A stretch of DNA of 32,000 nt from Geotalea daltonii FRC-32 (GCF_000022265.1 NC_011979.1:4230001-4262000), one strand, 5' to 3'. Positions 1 through 8,665 are shown, counted from the stretch's first letter. Notes: generated by a model not told the origin, from the sequence alone. Translations and numbers: made by a program.

Positions 1-37
1 ACTTTTGCAGCCTTTTTCCCGGCAGAAGGAGGTATTT

Positions 38-427
38 ATGTTCTTCGCAGGAATCGGTCTCGCGCTCATCATCGCTTTTATTCTCACTCTCATCCTGGGC
101 AGAGGATTCAAGCAATTTGCCTATGCCGACCTGATCGGCCTTTTCTTCATCATCTTTCTCGCCACCTGGGCCGGGGGGCTGTGGATCCAACCGGTGGGAC
201 CGGCAATGTGGGGTGTATCCTTCACCGTTTTCATCGTTGTCGGAGTTCTCGTCGCCCTGATGGTAGCGGCAACGCTGCCCACTCCCAGCCACCGCAAGGC
301 ACATCCGCCACCGACTGGAGGCCCCATCGACCGGATTCACCAGGAGAGCTTCCTCAACGTTTTCGTCGTCATGATCATCCTGACTCTCATTGCCGCCATT
401 ATCTACCGCCTGACGCAACCCCCCTGA
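38..427 (+). CDS. hypothetical multi-pass membrane protein (about 129 aa)
   Basis: The ORF track gives 5..427. An internal ATG at 38 follows GAAGGAGG (26-33) at good spacing, so I start there. The translation has about 4 hydrophobic segments (FFAGIGLALIIAFILTLIL, LIGLFFIIFLATWAGGLW, VSFTVFIVVGVLVALMVAA, VFVVMIILTLIAAIIY). I recognise no family motif. Confidence 0.6.
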   Translation: MFFAGIGLALIIAFILTLILGRGFKQFAYADLIGLFFIIFLATWAGGLWIQPVGPAMWGVSFTVFIVVGVLVALMVAATLPTPSHRKAHPPPTGGPIDRIHQESFLNVFVVMIILTLIAAIIYRLTQPP

Positions 428-446
428 ACACTGTCATGAATCGGCC

Positions 447-482
447 GGGGCAGCCAGCGCCACCTGCTGCCCCTTCATTTCT
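447..482 (+). terminator. intrinsic terminator-like hairpin between convergent genes
   Basis: GGGGCAGC (447-454) pairs perfectly with GCTGCCCC (466-473) across an 11-nt loop. A T-rich tail TTCATTTCTT follows. It lies 20 nt after the stop at 427. Confidence 0.55.
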
Positions 483-485
483 TGA

Positions 486-1088
486 TCAGAAGAAATACCT
501 GACGCCGAAAGTCCCGGAAATACTGCCTGGGCTGAAGTTGCCCGCCTTGGTACCCCGGATCTCGATATCGGCATCGGGAGCAAGCACCGCCCTCAGCTCG
601 GCATTGACCGCCAGGTTACGGGTGATGAAATAATCCGCTCCGCCGGAGATATGACCACCAAGAACGGTGTCCACGTCTCCCCCCTCATAATCGTTGACCA
701 GAATATCCAGCCCGGCACCGGCGTAAGGGCTCAGCTTTTCGGCGGTGGGAAACCGGTACTGGCCGCCCATGGCGATGTTGGTGATGCTGAATTCGCCCGT
801 ATCCCTTCCGGAGGGGAGGCTGGAGCCGAACCAGGTGTGGGTGATGTCCGCTTCCAGGGCGATATTCTTATCCAGACCATAGATGATCCCACCGCCGCCG
901 ATAAAGCCGGCATCGCTGTTTATCTTGAAATCGTTCAGGTCGCTGTCGGTGGGAATGATAAATCCCAAGCGTCCTGTTACGCCAAGTCTGTTCTGGATGC
1001 TCCCGGCGAAGGCGCTACCCGCCGTTACTCCCATGGATAATGCAATACAGGCAACAGCCAGAATAAAAATCCTGCAAGTCCTCTTCAT
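486..1088 (-). CDS. small outer-membrane beta-barrel protein (OmpW/OmpA-like 8-strand type)
   Basis: Signal peptide MKRTCRIFILAVACIALSMGVTAGSAFA. Alternating hydrophobic/polar strands rich in Gly and aromatics. C-terminal GVRYFF with a terminal Phe, typical of OMPs. SD-like GGGGAGGG lies upstream of the ATG. Confidence 0.75.
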   Translation of the reverse strand: MKRTCRIFILAVACIALSMGVTAGSAFAGSIQNRLGVTGRLGFIIPTDSDLNDFKINSDAGFIGGGGIIYGLDKNIALEADITHTWFGSSLPSGRDTGEFSITNIAMGGQYRFPTAEKLSPYAGAGLDILVNDYEGGDVDTVLGGHISGGADYFITRNLAVNAELRAVLAPDADIEIRGTKAGNFSPGSISGTFGVRYFF

Positions 1089-1284
1089 CGTTCCCTCCCC
1101 TTATAAATTTGAATTAATTGCTTTTAATCTTTAAATAGTACTCAATCATGGTAAACGGTCAAGCAGCAAAAGTTGCCTGTGGGTCTGGGTATGCGGATTT
1201 TTTCAAGATTAGATTCTTTGAATAAGATTATGGAGGGGTTAAACTTTATGTGAGATGGCGACTACTACTGAAGGAGGTAAAACT

Positions 1285-2301
1285 ATGGTGACCGTAAGGC
1301 GCTTGATATTGACCGCAGCCGCCCTGGTTTCGTTCACAGCTTTGGCGTACGCAGATTCTGCCAGCCCTGGTAGCTGCAACTCTGACAGTAAGGTCCTGCT
1401 TGCACAGGCTGGAAGCAGCGGTGGCAGCAGCAGTGGCGGCTTCGGCTCGGGTTCGCCCGGCAGCACCGGAACAGGCATAGGCGGCATGGGAAGCGGCACA
1501 AGGGGGTTTTCCACCGGAGGCTTCGGCTCAGGCACAGGAGGGTCTACCGGTACTGGCTCAGGAGGCAGTTTCGGGACCGGCAGCACTGGAACAGGAGGCT
1601 TCGGCACCGGAACAGGTACGGGGGGAAGCTTGGGGACCGGCAGTGGCAGCGGTACAGGTACGAGCGGAAGCTTCGGTGATACCGGTACAAGTGGAACATT
1701 CGGCACCGGTACCGGCAGCACGACAGGAAGCGGTACTGGCGGGACCTTCGGAACAGGCACTGGTGGCAGTACCTTCGGCACCGGTACTGGTGGCACGACC
1801 GGCACGGGGACCGGCAGCACCTTCGGTACCGGTACAGGTGGAACTCCTGGTACCGGCACTACCGGCCCCGGTGGCACATTCGGAACTGGAACAGGTGGGA
1901 TGACAGGAACTGGTACCAGCGATACTTTCGGCAACGGCGGAAGTATCGGGACAGGAACGGGTGGTAGTTTAGGAACCGACACCGACACAGGGAGAACATC
2001 GGGCACCGGTACAGGTAGCACCCTCGGAACAGGCACGGGTACCGGTGGAGGTTTCGGCACCGGCAGCACTACCGGCACCGGTTCCTTCGGCACAGGTACT
2101 GACGGAACCACAGGCTCCGGCACCGGCGGTACCTTCGGTACCGGAAGCGGCGGAAGTACAGGAACGGGAACAGGTGGTACTTTCGGCAGCGACACCGGCA
2201 CAGGTGGGACTTTTGGCACCGGTACAGGTGGCACAACCGGCAGCGGCACCTTTGGCACCGGTACAGGAACAGGGAGTTCCGGCAACGGTTCCGGGCAATA
2301 A
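1285..2301 (+). CDS. secreted Gly/Thr/Ser-rich FG-repeat protein (low complexity, unknown function)
   Basis: The ORF track gives 1255..2301. The ATG at 1285 is preceded by GAAGGAGG at 7-nt spacing. Signal peptide [23 protein letters not shown] followed by DSAS. The rest is degenerate G-T-F-G-T-G-T-G-G-x-T-G units. A hairpin follows the stop. Confidence 0.7.
   Translation: MVTVRRLILTAAALVSFTALAYADSASPGSCNSDSKVLLAQAGSSGGSSSGGFGSGSPGSTGTGIGGMGSGTRGFSTGGFGSGTGGSTGTGSGGSFGTGSTGTGGFGTGTGTGGSLGTGSGSGTGTSGSFGDTGTSGTFGTGTGSTTGSGTGGTFGTGTGGSTFGTGTGGTTGTGTGSTFGTGTGGTPGTGTTGPGGTFGTGTGGMTGTGTSDTFGNGGSIGTGTGGSLGTDTDTGRTSGTGTGSTLGTGTGTGGGFGTGSTTGTGSFGTGTDGTTGSGTGGTFGTGSGGSTGTGTGGTFGSDTGTGGTFGTGTGGTTGSGTFGTGTGTGSSGNGSGQ
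1411..2298 (+). repeat. degenerate in-frame tandem repeat (GGN/ACN-rich) encoding the FG/GT low-complexity region
   Basis: Recurring nucleotide units such as ggcaccggtacaggtgg / ttcggcaccgg occur throughout. The same periodicity creates a long artefactual Pro/Val-rich ORF on the opposite strand (1239..2285). Confidence 0.8.
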
Positions 2302-2306
2302 AAGTG

Positions 2307-2335
2307 AGGGGCAGCGTTTGGAGAACTCTGCCCCT
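2307..2335 (+). terminator. terminator-like hairpin after the FG-repeat gene
   Basis: AGGGGCAG (2307-2314) pairs with CTGCCCCT (2328-2335) across a 13-nt loop, starting 6 nt after the stop. The tail GTTCCTTCC is only weakly T-rich. Confidence 0.4.
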
Positions 2336-2512
2336 GTTCCTTCCCAAGGCATTAACCATCCCTGCCCCTGCTGTCAATCAAGGGAAAAGCAGATGGCAGG
2401 CAAAGCTTTTGTCCATATTGGTCGACACGCCTTTGGAAACCGGTATCGGAGCCTGGTCAAGTGTGCGCCGGGAGTATTTCAGCAAGTGCAAGTTTATCCG
2501 GGTCGGTTGGTT

Positions 2513-2586
2513 CTAGGAGTCTGTCAGACTTAGAATGAATCGGCTCCATTCTCTCGCTTCGATCCCGAAGTCCGACAGACTCCTAG
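2513..2586. mobile_element. MITE-like element, family 1, internally deleted copy (74 bp)
   Basis: The terminal inverted repeats are CTAGGAGTCTGTCAGACTTAG and its near-complement CGAAGTCCGACAGACTCCTAG. Its two halves match the two ends of the 167-bp copy at 6925-7091 in reverse orientation, with one mismatch in each half. About 93 internal bp are missing. Confidence 0.85.
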
Positions 2587-3015
2587 AATTGTGAACGGGC
2601 GTGCCTGATAGGCGCGCTGGATGACTCCGCCGGAATGGTAGAGCAAGGTTTGCAGTCGGTCGTGATTGACCTGATGGGTCACCAGGCCAAGGGCATCGTT
2701 CGGTGAAAACCATCGGACCTCCGGGGTCTCCTCGCTGGGGACAAGCTCACCACTGCGGTAAATGCCGGTAAAGCCGAAGATGGTCGCCGGAGGGGCGCAG
2801 ATTTTTGTCCACACCGCTGCCAGGGGTCCCAGCTCGATCAGGGTTCCGGTTTCCTCCAGGACCTCCCGGTGAACTGCTGCTGTCAGGGCCTCCCCTGCCT
2901 CGACCCGGCCTTGGGGGAGCTCCCAGCCTCGACGAAAATGCCGGATCAGGAGAATTTCTGCCGCCGCATTCCTGATAAGGCAGGTAACCACGACCGTCTG
3001 CTTTTGTTCTGTCAT
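2530..3015 (-). CDS. NUDIX hydrolase
   Basis: Nudix box read in the translation: GRVEAGEALTAAVHREVLEETG, which fits G-x5-E-x7-REUxEExGU. The length is typical. The last 18 codons and the stop lie inside the family-1 MITE copy. Confidence 0.9.
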   Translation of the reverse strand: MTEQKQTVVVTCLIRNAAAEILLIRHFRRGWELPQGRVEAGEALTAAVHREVLEETGTLIELGPLAAVWTKICAPPATIFGFTGIYRSGELVPSEETPEVRWFSPNDALGLVTHQVNHDRLQTLLYHSGGVIQRAYQARPFTILGVCRTSGSKRENGADSF

Positions 3016-3239
3016 GTTCTTCCTGTAGTAATATGTAAAGGTATTTCGGGGGCCTTTGCTCCACCTGCCAGAGGTTTTGTCAGCTTAGCAAAACACATAG
3101 AACATAGCACTTCTCCCCATCCTGGCGGCTCAGGAGATACCTGACGCTCGCTTCCATTGCCCGGCCGGGACATGTCACAATTATATCATTTCTTAATGTT
3201 GTCGCTGTTTTTCTTGGGAGATTCGTAGCGCCGCAAGAA

Positions 3240-4850
3240 GTGACACCTGATAATCGGATGCTACCATATAAAAGAGAGGTTCAGGTAACTTCTTGGCGGC
3301 AGAAGCAATCCCTTCACGATTGCATCCAGTGTCAACCGAGAGAGCACATGACATCAGGCCAAGACCATCCGGATGAAAAGCTTATAGCCGACTACAGCCC
3401 TTATCGGGAGGAGATCCTCGCTGAACAGGTAAAGCAGATTTATGCCTTGGCACCCATAGGATTCATTGCCACCTTTTTTAACTCGGTGATCGTTTTTTTC
3501 CTTATGAAGGACGTCATGGAGTTCAGACTGCTCGTTCTCTGGGGGGTAACGCTATTGAGCATTACCGCCCTCAGATTGGGGCTGGTCCTGCGGTTCCGCA
3601 ACGTCAAGCAGCACCTGAATTTTGCGGCAACCTGGAGAAGGAGGTTCGTTGTCAGTCTTTTCATCGCCGGCGCCGCCTGGGGGTGGATCGGTTTCTTCCC
3701 CTTCGGTGAAATAACCATTGCCCACCAGGTCTTCATTGCTTTTGTTCTCGGTGGCATGACCGCGGGAGCGTCTTCAACCTTCAGCATGATCAAGGAAGGC
3801 TACGCCGTTTTCAGCATCCCTGCCCTGACACCGCTGGCCATCCATTTCTTCCTCATGAAAGATGTTTTCCACTGTGCCATGGGAACAATGCTGGTCCTGT
3901 TCGGCGTCCTGCTCTGGCGGATATCCATACACAACTACAGGGTGAACAGGACATCCCTGCTGCTCAGATTTGAAAATAAAGGGATGATCGAGCGCCTGAA
4001 GCAGGCAAAAGAAAGGGTGGAAGGGCTCAACGACCGACTTTCTGCAGAGGTCGAAGCAAAACATCGTGCCGAAGCTGATCTCAGGGCTCACCACGACCAG
4101 CTTGAACGTGCAGTAACTGAACGAACGGCCGATCTGACCACTCTCAACAAGGAGTTGGAACAATTTGCCTACGTGGCTTCCCACGACCTGCAGGAACCGC
4201 TCCGCATGGTCATCAGCTACCTTCAGCTGCTTAAACAGAAGTACCACGGACAACTTGATGAAAAAGCGGACATGTATATCGGCTTTGCTGTCGATGGTGG
4301 GATACGCATGCAGCGACTTATCGAGGGTCTTCTCTCCTACTCGCGCCTTTCCCGCGGCGCCGAATTCACACGGGTGGATATCAATGGGATCTTTGCCGCA
4401 GCGGTAGCCAATCTGGCAGGTGTCATAGAAGAAAGCGGCGCAGAAGTAACAAGGGCCCATCTGCCGACAGTCATCGGCGACGAACTCCAGTTACAACAGC
4501 TCCTGCAGAACCTGATCAGCAATGGATTGAAATACCGCAAGCCTGAACGGCGGCCTACGGTTCACGTATCTGCGGAAAGGCAAGGGGAGGAGTGGCTTTT
4601 TTCAGTGAGGGATAACGGCATCGGCATCGATCCGAACCATTTTGACAAAATTTTCCAGATTTTTCAGCGGCTTCACACCAGTGAGGAGTATCCGGGGACC
4701 GGCATAGGATTGGCTCTGTGCCAGAAAATCATCGAGCGGCACGGGGGAGCGATCTGGGTGGAGTCGACTTTTGGAGAAGGATCGACATTCTCCTTTACCA
4801 TCCCCGTACACGGCGCTTCAGGCGCCAGTAGCCATATGGATTCTTCCTGA
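3240..4850 (+). CDS. membrane sensor histidine kinase (multi-TM N-terminus, coiled coil, HisKA, HATPase_c)
   Basis: H-box FAYVASHDLQEPLRMV. N-box NLISNGLKYRKP. G-boxes RDNGIGI and GTGIGLALCQKI. About 6 hydrophobic helices lie in the first 230 aa. The start is uncertain: GTG 3240, ATG 3258 or ATG 3348, none with a strong SD. Confidence 0.88.
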   Translation: MTPDNRMLPYKREVQVTSWRQKQSLHDCIQCQPREHMTSGQDHPDEKLIADYSPYREEILAEQVKQIYALAPIGFIATFFNSVIVFFLMKDVMEFRLLVLWGVTLLSITALRLGLVLRFRNVKQHLNFAATWRRRFVVSLFIAGAAWGWIGFFPFGEITIAHQVFIAFVLGGMTAGASSTFSMIKEGYAVFSIPALTPLAIHFFLMKDVFHCAMGTMLVLFGVLLWRISIHNYRVNRTSLLLRFENKGMIERLKQAKERVEGLNDRLSAEVEAKHRAEADLRAHHDQLERAVTERTADLTTLNKELEQFAYVASHDLQEPLRMVISYLQLLKQKYHGQLDEKADMYIGFAVDGGIRMQRLIEGLLSYSRLSRGAEFTRVDINGIFAAAVANLAGVIEESGAEVTRAHLPTVIGDELQLQQLLQNLISNGLKYRKPERRPTVHVSAERQGEEWLFSVRDNGIGIDPNHFDKIFQIFQRLHTSEEYPGTGIGLALCQKIIERHGGAIWVESTFGEGSTFSFTIPVHGASGASSHMDSS

Positions 4851-4882
4851 GATCAGGCTCCGGCCCTGTTGAAGTTTTCATT

Positions 4883-6778
4883 TCAGACCTCGATTCTGAA
4901 TTCTGCGCCCTCTCCATCGTTGACCACGCTGAGGCTGCCATGCATGTTTCTCTCGATGATGTTTTTTGCCATGAACAAACCGATTCCTGTCCCCTTTGGG
5001 CCCTTGGTAGAGAAATGAGGTTCAAATACCCTGTCGATGATCGCGTCGGGAATGCCGCCCGCATTGTCCGTTACAGTCAAGACAGACCTCTTCCCACGAC
5101 AGCCAAGGTTAAATACGATCCTGGCATTACTGCGCCTGCAAGTGTCAAAGGCGTCCCTGGCATTCTCCAGCAGGTTGAGGATGACCTGGGCGTATTGATT
5201 CGGGTAACCGAACACCACCGGGTTATTGGGACAATTCACTACTATGGCGATTTCATTGCTTCTGAAAGAAGCATCGACGAGTTTTATGGCACCGGCAACT
5301 ACCTCCTTGACCGAAAATTCCACCCGTTCCCTGTCCGGCTTGAAAAAATTCCGGAAATCGTCGATGGTTCCCGACATGTGCCTGACCAGCATCATGGCAT
5401 TATCTACCGCCCCATAAAGCAAATCCTTTCTCAACTGCCCCGATTCGTGAAACAGCCTGAGCTGCTGCACATTGAGCCCCAGAGCGTTGAGCGGTTGCCG
5501 CCACTGATGGGCGATGTTGTTGATCATCTCCCCCATGGCAGCCAGACGGTTCTGTTGCACGAGGAGAAGATCTTTCTCCCGCAGTTCTTCGGTCCGTTCA
5601 ATGACCCGCTTCTCCAGAAGCTCATTCATTTCCTGCAGTTTGACCTCGATCCCTTTGCGGGAGGTAATATCCTGGATGTTGGTAAGAAGATAGAGCGGCA
5701 TGCCCTGAGGATCCATGACGCAGTTTGTGCTCATATCACCCCAGACGGTACGGCCATCCCTTGTCAGATATCTTTTGTCCATGCGGAATGATGCTATTTC
5801 ACCTTGGAGCAGCCTTCTTACCCCAACGAGATTTTCAGGCAGATCGTCGGAATGAGTCAGTTCTGTGAACCTTTGACCGATCAGCTCACTTTCACTGTAT
5901 CCCAGCATTTTGGAAAAGGCCTGATTAACCTTCTGTATCCTGCCGTCAAGTGTTGTCATCGTCATGGCCACGGCACTATCCTCGAAAGCGATCCGGAAGC
6001 GCTCCTCGCTCGCGCGCAGCGCCTCTTCAGTTCGTTTGCGAAGGGTTGTTTCAAACAACGAAAAGATCAATCCGGTAACAGTGCCAGCCACGTCCCTGAC
6101 CGGAGTCAATGTCCAATCCCAGTAGGTCACCCCCCGTTCCGGCTTGTCAGAATATTCAAAAGGCTTATCCAGATATTGCACCGCCTCGCCCGTGTCCCGA
6201 ACCCGGGCGAAGATCGTTTCGTTTTCGACGTGGGGATAAAGATCGAAGTGGTTCTTGCCGATCATCGCCTCTGGGCTGTAGCCGCAGGTCCGGGCATAGG
6301 TCTCGTTGACGCAAACGAAGTTGAAATCCCGGTCCAGATAAGCCAGGTGTGAGTTACCCGCGCCATTCATCACCGCCTGCAGAGTGTCCCGTTCCAACAT
6401 CAGCTTGCTGTTTGCCTCGGCCAGGGCGGCTTCAGCCTGGGACTTCAGCTGGCGTGTGCGCGCCAGGCGACGGTGAACGAGCTCAGTGATAACTGAAATA
6501 ACTATCCCCCAGGCAAGGAAAACGATCATCTTTCCCCAGTCCGGCATATGGCCGGGGGGCAGGTGCCTCCGTGGATCTACCCAAAGGTAGCAGGCCAACA
6601 CGGTTGAAAATACTGTGGCCGGCAATCCGGCCGACAGTCCTCCGTAAAGCCCCGCCAGCAGAACGGCGGGATAAAAAATGACAAAAGGGTAGGATGATCC
6701 CAGCTCATCCAGAAACAGGAGGCGCAGTATGGTGGCCATGAGAATAAGGCCAACGGCCACTGCGGCATTTTTGAACAT
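4883..6778 (-). CDS. PAS-domain sensor histidine kinase with DUF4118-like membrane module
   Basis: The ORF track start at 6859 is a TTG. The ATG at 6778 is preceded by GGTGAGGG, so I start there. The protein has an N-terminal hydrophobic module, two PAS-like regions, H-box variant NNIAHQWRQPLN, and an ATP-binding region NLLENARDA...TDNAGGI...GTGIGLFMAK. Confidence 0.88.
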   Translation of the reverse strand: MFKNAAVAVGLILMATILRLLFLDELGSSYPFVIFYPAVLLAGLYGGLSAGLPATVFSTVLACYLWVDPRRHLPPGHMPDWGKMIVFLAWGIVISVITELVHRRLARTRQLKSQAEAALAEANSKLMLERDTLQAVMNGAGNSHLAYLDRDFNFVCVNETYARTCGYSPEAMIGKNHFDLYPHVENETIFARVRDTGEAVQYLDKPFEYSDKPERGVTYWDWTLTPVRDVAGTVTGLIFSLFETTLRKRTEEALRASEERFRIAFEDSAVAMTMTTLDGRIQKVNQAFSKMLGYSESELIGQRFTELTHSDDLPENLVGVRRLLQGEIASFRMDKRYLTRDGRTVWGDMSTNCVMDPQGMPLYLLTNIQDITSRKGIEVKLQEMNELLEKRVIERTEELREKDLLLVQQNRLAAMGEMINNIAHQWRQPLNALGLNVQQLRLFHESGQLRKDLLYGAVDNAMMLVRHMSGTIDDFRNFFKPDRERVEFSVKEVVAGAIKLVDASFRSNEIAIVVNCPNNPVVFGYPNQYAQVILNLLENARDAFDTCRRSNARIVFNLGCRGKRSVLTVTDNAGGIPDAIIDRVFEPHFSTKGPKGTGIGLFMAKNIIERNMHGSLSVVNDGEGAEFRIEV

Positions 6779-6924
6779 TGCAACCCTCACCTTCCACCTC
6801 TGTTTCTGGTCCTGGAACGACCGACGAACCTCATTTGCCATGCTCGGAAAATTCTTCAAGTGCCCCTTGACATTTAAATATAGGATATTTTTAATTTAAT
6901 CAATCAAATAGTTATTTCCGGAAT

Positions 6925-7091
6925 CTAGGAGTCTGTCGGACTTAGGGATCGAAGCGAGAGAATGGAAAATCGAGGACGGATATTTGGAAATTTGAGAGCG
7001 AATAGTGGACCTATTTGTCGAAAATTTACGGAGACCCGGACCGATTTGCCATTTTCGCAGCCGATTCATTCTAAGTCCGACAGACTCCTAG
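6925..7091. mobile_element. MITE-like element, family 1, full-length copy (167 bp)
   Basis: Perfect 21-bp TIR: CTAGGAGTCTGTCGGACTTAG and CTAAGTCCGACAGACTCCTAG. Imperfect palindromy continues inward. It is flanked by the direct repeat GAAT (6921-6924 and 7092-7095). It has no coding capacity for a transposase. Confidence 0.85.
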
Positions 7092-7187
7092 GAATGTGCA
7101 GATGCGAGATGACGGCGGCAATGCCGGAAGGGGGCTGGACGGAGAAAGGGATGGGTTTTGAAAAGGTGGTTTTCCTGGTAGACGGTA

Positions 7188-7226
7188 ACGACAAAGGGGG
7201 CAGGGAGTATGAATTCACCTGCCCCC
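7188..7226 (-). terminator. intrinsic terminator of the lectin-cytochrome gene
   Basis: On the minus strand GGGGGCAGG (7226-7218) pairs with CCTGCCCCC (7204-7196), a 9-bp GC stem. TTTGTCGT follows. It begins about 20 nt after the stop at 7249. Confidence 0.6.
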
Positions 7227-7248
7227 ACAAGTATTTGGATACCAGTGC

Positions 7249-8433
7249 CTATGGTGCGGGTGAAAACCCTCCCGTCTGATAATTTGAAGTGAGATAAAAA
7301 GCACCCACGTCCTGGGTCTGGCTATCAATCCCGGTGGCGCCCGTAAAGCCGAAGTACACATACTGGGTTGAGAAGATGCCCTTCAGGTCTATGGTCTGGG
7401 CAAGAAGCAGATTTGAGGTGCTGCGGTCGTTGGTTGTGTTCATATGCACTTCCACAGTGGCGCCATCATAATCGATCCAAACATGGTATGTCCCTCCATC
7501 ACTCATGATTACTGAGGGGGTCACCGGGGCAAATGCAGCATGCTGCACGCTTCCGTTCGTCACGATAGCCACATGGTTGTTGTCGGGGTCATTGTTCGTG
7601 TCGTTTTTGAAGGTATCGAATTCCACCCCGAAGGAAGGGTTGATCCCACCGAAACCCAGATTCCCCCCAGTCGCGCCAGCTTTGCTTGAGACGGTTTGCA
7701 GGGCGAAAACGAACCCGTCGGCGTGCCGGTTGCTGCGTCCGCCTGCTCCGAGGGTAAAGTTGAAATAGGCGTTAAAGACAAAGTTGCTGCCCAAGGTGAA
7801 CGGATTCGCCAGAAAAGCACTGCCGGCTGTGTATTGCTCGTTGGGGGTAAGCCTGATGTTGTTGTTGCTCAACACTGCAGAGCCGTTAAGTTGAAAGACA
7901 TCGCTATTGGTGTTGTTGAAGCTCGGAATAGCTTCGGTTGTTTTCAAAGCATCGGCTATGGACTGGATCTCGCCGGCGCTGAGTGTGGCAAGACTTCCCA
8001 TGCCGCCGGTGTTGGCGGTAATGGCTGCCTGAATCTCCGCCGCCGTTTTGTTCAGCTTGGTAGAAGAAGCCAGTGGCTGGTGGCAGCCCTGGCAGTTGGC
8101 TTGATACAAGGTGCTGCCACTTGCCTGAACACTGACATTTGTACTGTCATTACCGGTTGTCCCGGTACCTCCGTTACTGGTTGGACTTCCAGTATTTGTT
8201 GCCCCTGCCCCCCCACTACTGGTTGTTCCTGTACCCCCATTACTGGTTGTTTCAGTGCTCCCATTGCCTGGCGTTCCGACACTTTCATTACTTGGTGTAG
8301 CGGTACTGCCGTTGTTGGCTGTCCCGGTAGTCCCCCCGCCTCCCCCACCGCATCCTGCCAAAAGGCACAAGGCCATAAAGAGAAGGAAGCTGCCGGCCGA
8401 TCTTCGAAAACCGCATCCGTTAATGCTGCTCAT
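7249..8433 (-). CDS. lipoprotein with mono-heme cytochrome c domain fused to an L-type (legume-like) lectin domain
   Basis: Lipobox LLAGC with Cys28, then a G/T/S/N-rich linker. Heme motif CQGCH lies at nt 8080-8094, with a downstream GGMGS as candidate Met ligand. Lectin motifs: HADGFVFAL, FGVEFDTFKNDTNNDPDNNHVAIVTNG, YHVWIDYDG, YFGFTGATG. A perfect AAGGAG SD is present. Confidence 0.8.
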   Translation of the reverse strand: MSSINGCGFRRSAGSFLLFMALCLLAGCGGGGGGTTGTANNGSTATPSNESVGTPGNGSTETTSNGGTGTTSSGGAGATNTGSPTSNGGTGTTGNDSTNVSVQASGSTLYQANCQGCHQPLASSTKLNKTAAEIQAAITANTGGMGSLATLSAGEIQSIADALKTTEAIPSFNNTNSDVFQLNGSAVLSNNNIRLTPNEQYTAGSAFLANPFTLGSNFVFNAYFNFTLGAGGRSNRHADGFVFALQTVSSKAGATGGNLGFGGINPSFGVEFDTFKNDTNNDPDNNHVAIVTNGSVQHAAFAPVTPSVIMSDGGTYHVWIDYDGATVEVHMNTTNDRSTSNLLLAQTIDLKGIFSTQYVYFGFTGATGIDSQTQDVGAFYLTSNYQTGGFSPAP

Positions 8434-8514
8434 ACATTCTCCTTTTCAGACATTTAATAAACCTCTCCATACCGATCCACCACTTGACCGTCCGCCCTAA
8501 ATTAAATCTAACTA

Positions 8515-8542
8515 ATTATAATGCAGGGGACAGATACTTCAA
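8515..8542 (-). promoter_or_regulatory. sigma70-like promoter for the lectin-cytochrome gene
   Basis: The minus strand reads TTGAAG (8542-8537), 16 nt, then TATAAT (8520-8515). This is about 80 nt upstream of the ATG at 8433. Confidence 0.4.
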
Positions 8543-8637
8543 TACATGGAAAAAATTCTCCTGGAAAGGAAGGTAGTTTCTACTGACCGGTATGCAAGGG
8601 ATTTAATAGTTTCGTTTGCCGGGGAGCACGTCCATCA

Positions 8638-8665
8638 TTGACCAACGCTAATACAACGGTACACT
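8638..8665 (+). promoter_or_regulatory. sigma70-like promoter for the DUF4112 gene
   Basis: TTGACC (8638-8643), 16 nt, then TACACT (8660-8665). This is about 55 nt upstream of the GTG start at 8720. Confidence 0.3.

Noticed and set aside
1239-2285. 348-aa Pro/Val-rich ORF antisense to the FG-repeat gene
   Set aside because: It is the mirror image of the GGN/ACN repeat. It has no SD and no signal peptide at its N-terminus. The plus-strand ORF has a strong SD, a signal peptide and a downstream hairpin.
6962-7279. 105-aa ORF starting inside the family-1 MITE
   Set aside because: More than a third of it is repeat-element sequence and it overlaps the terminator of the lectin gene. It has no SD and no recognisable motif.
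8434-8640. Possible cyclic-di-GMP (GEMM-type) riboswitch in the leader of the lectin-cytochrome gene
   Set aside because: A GGCAAAC string is present on the minus strand, but the other conserved GEMM blocks (for example GGACGCAAAGCC) are absent by eye.
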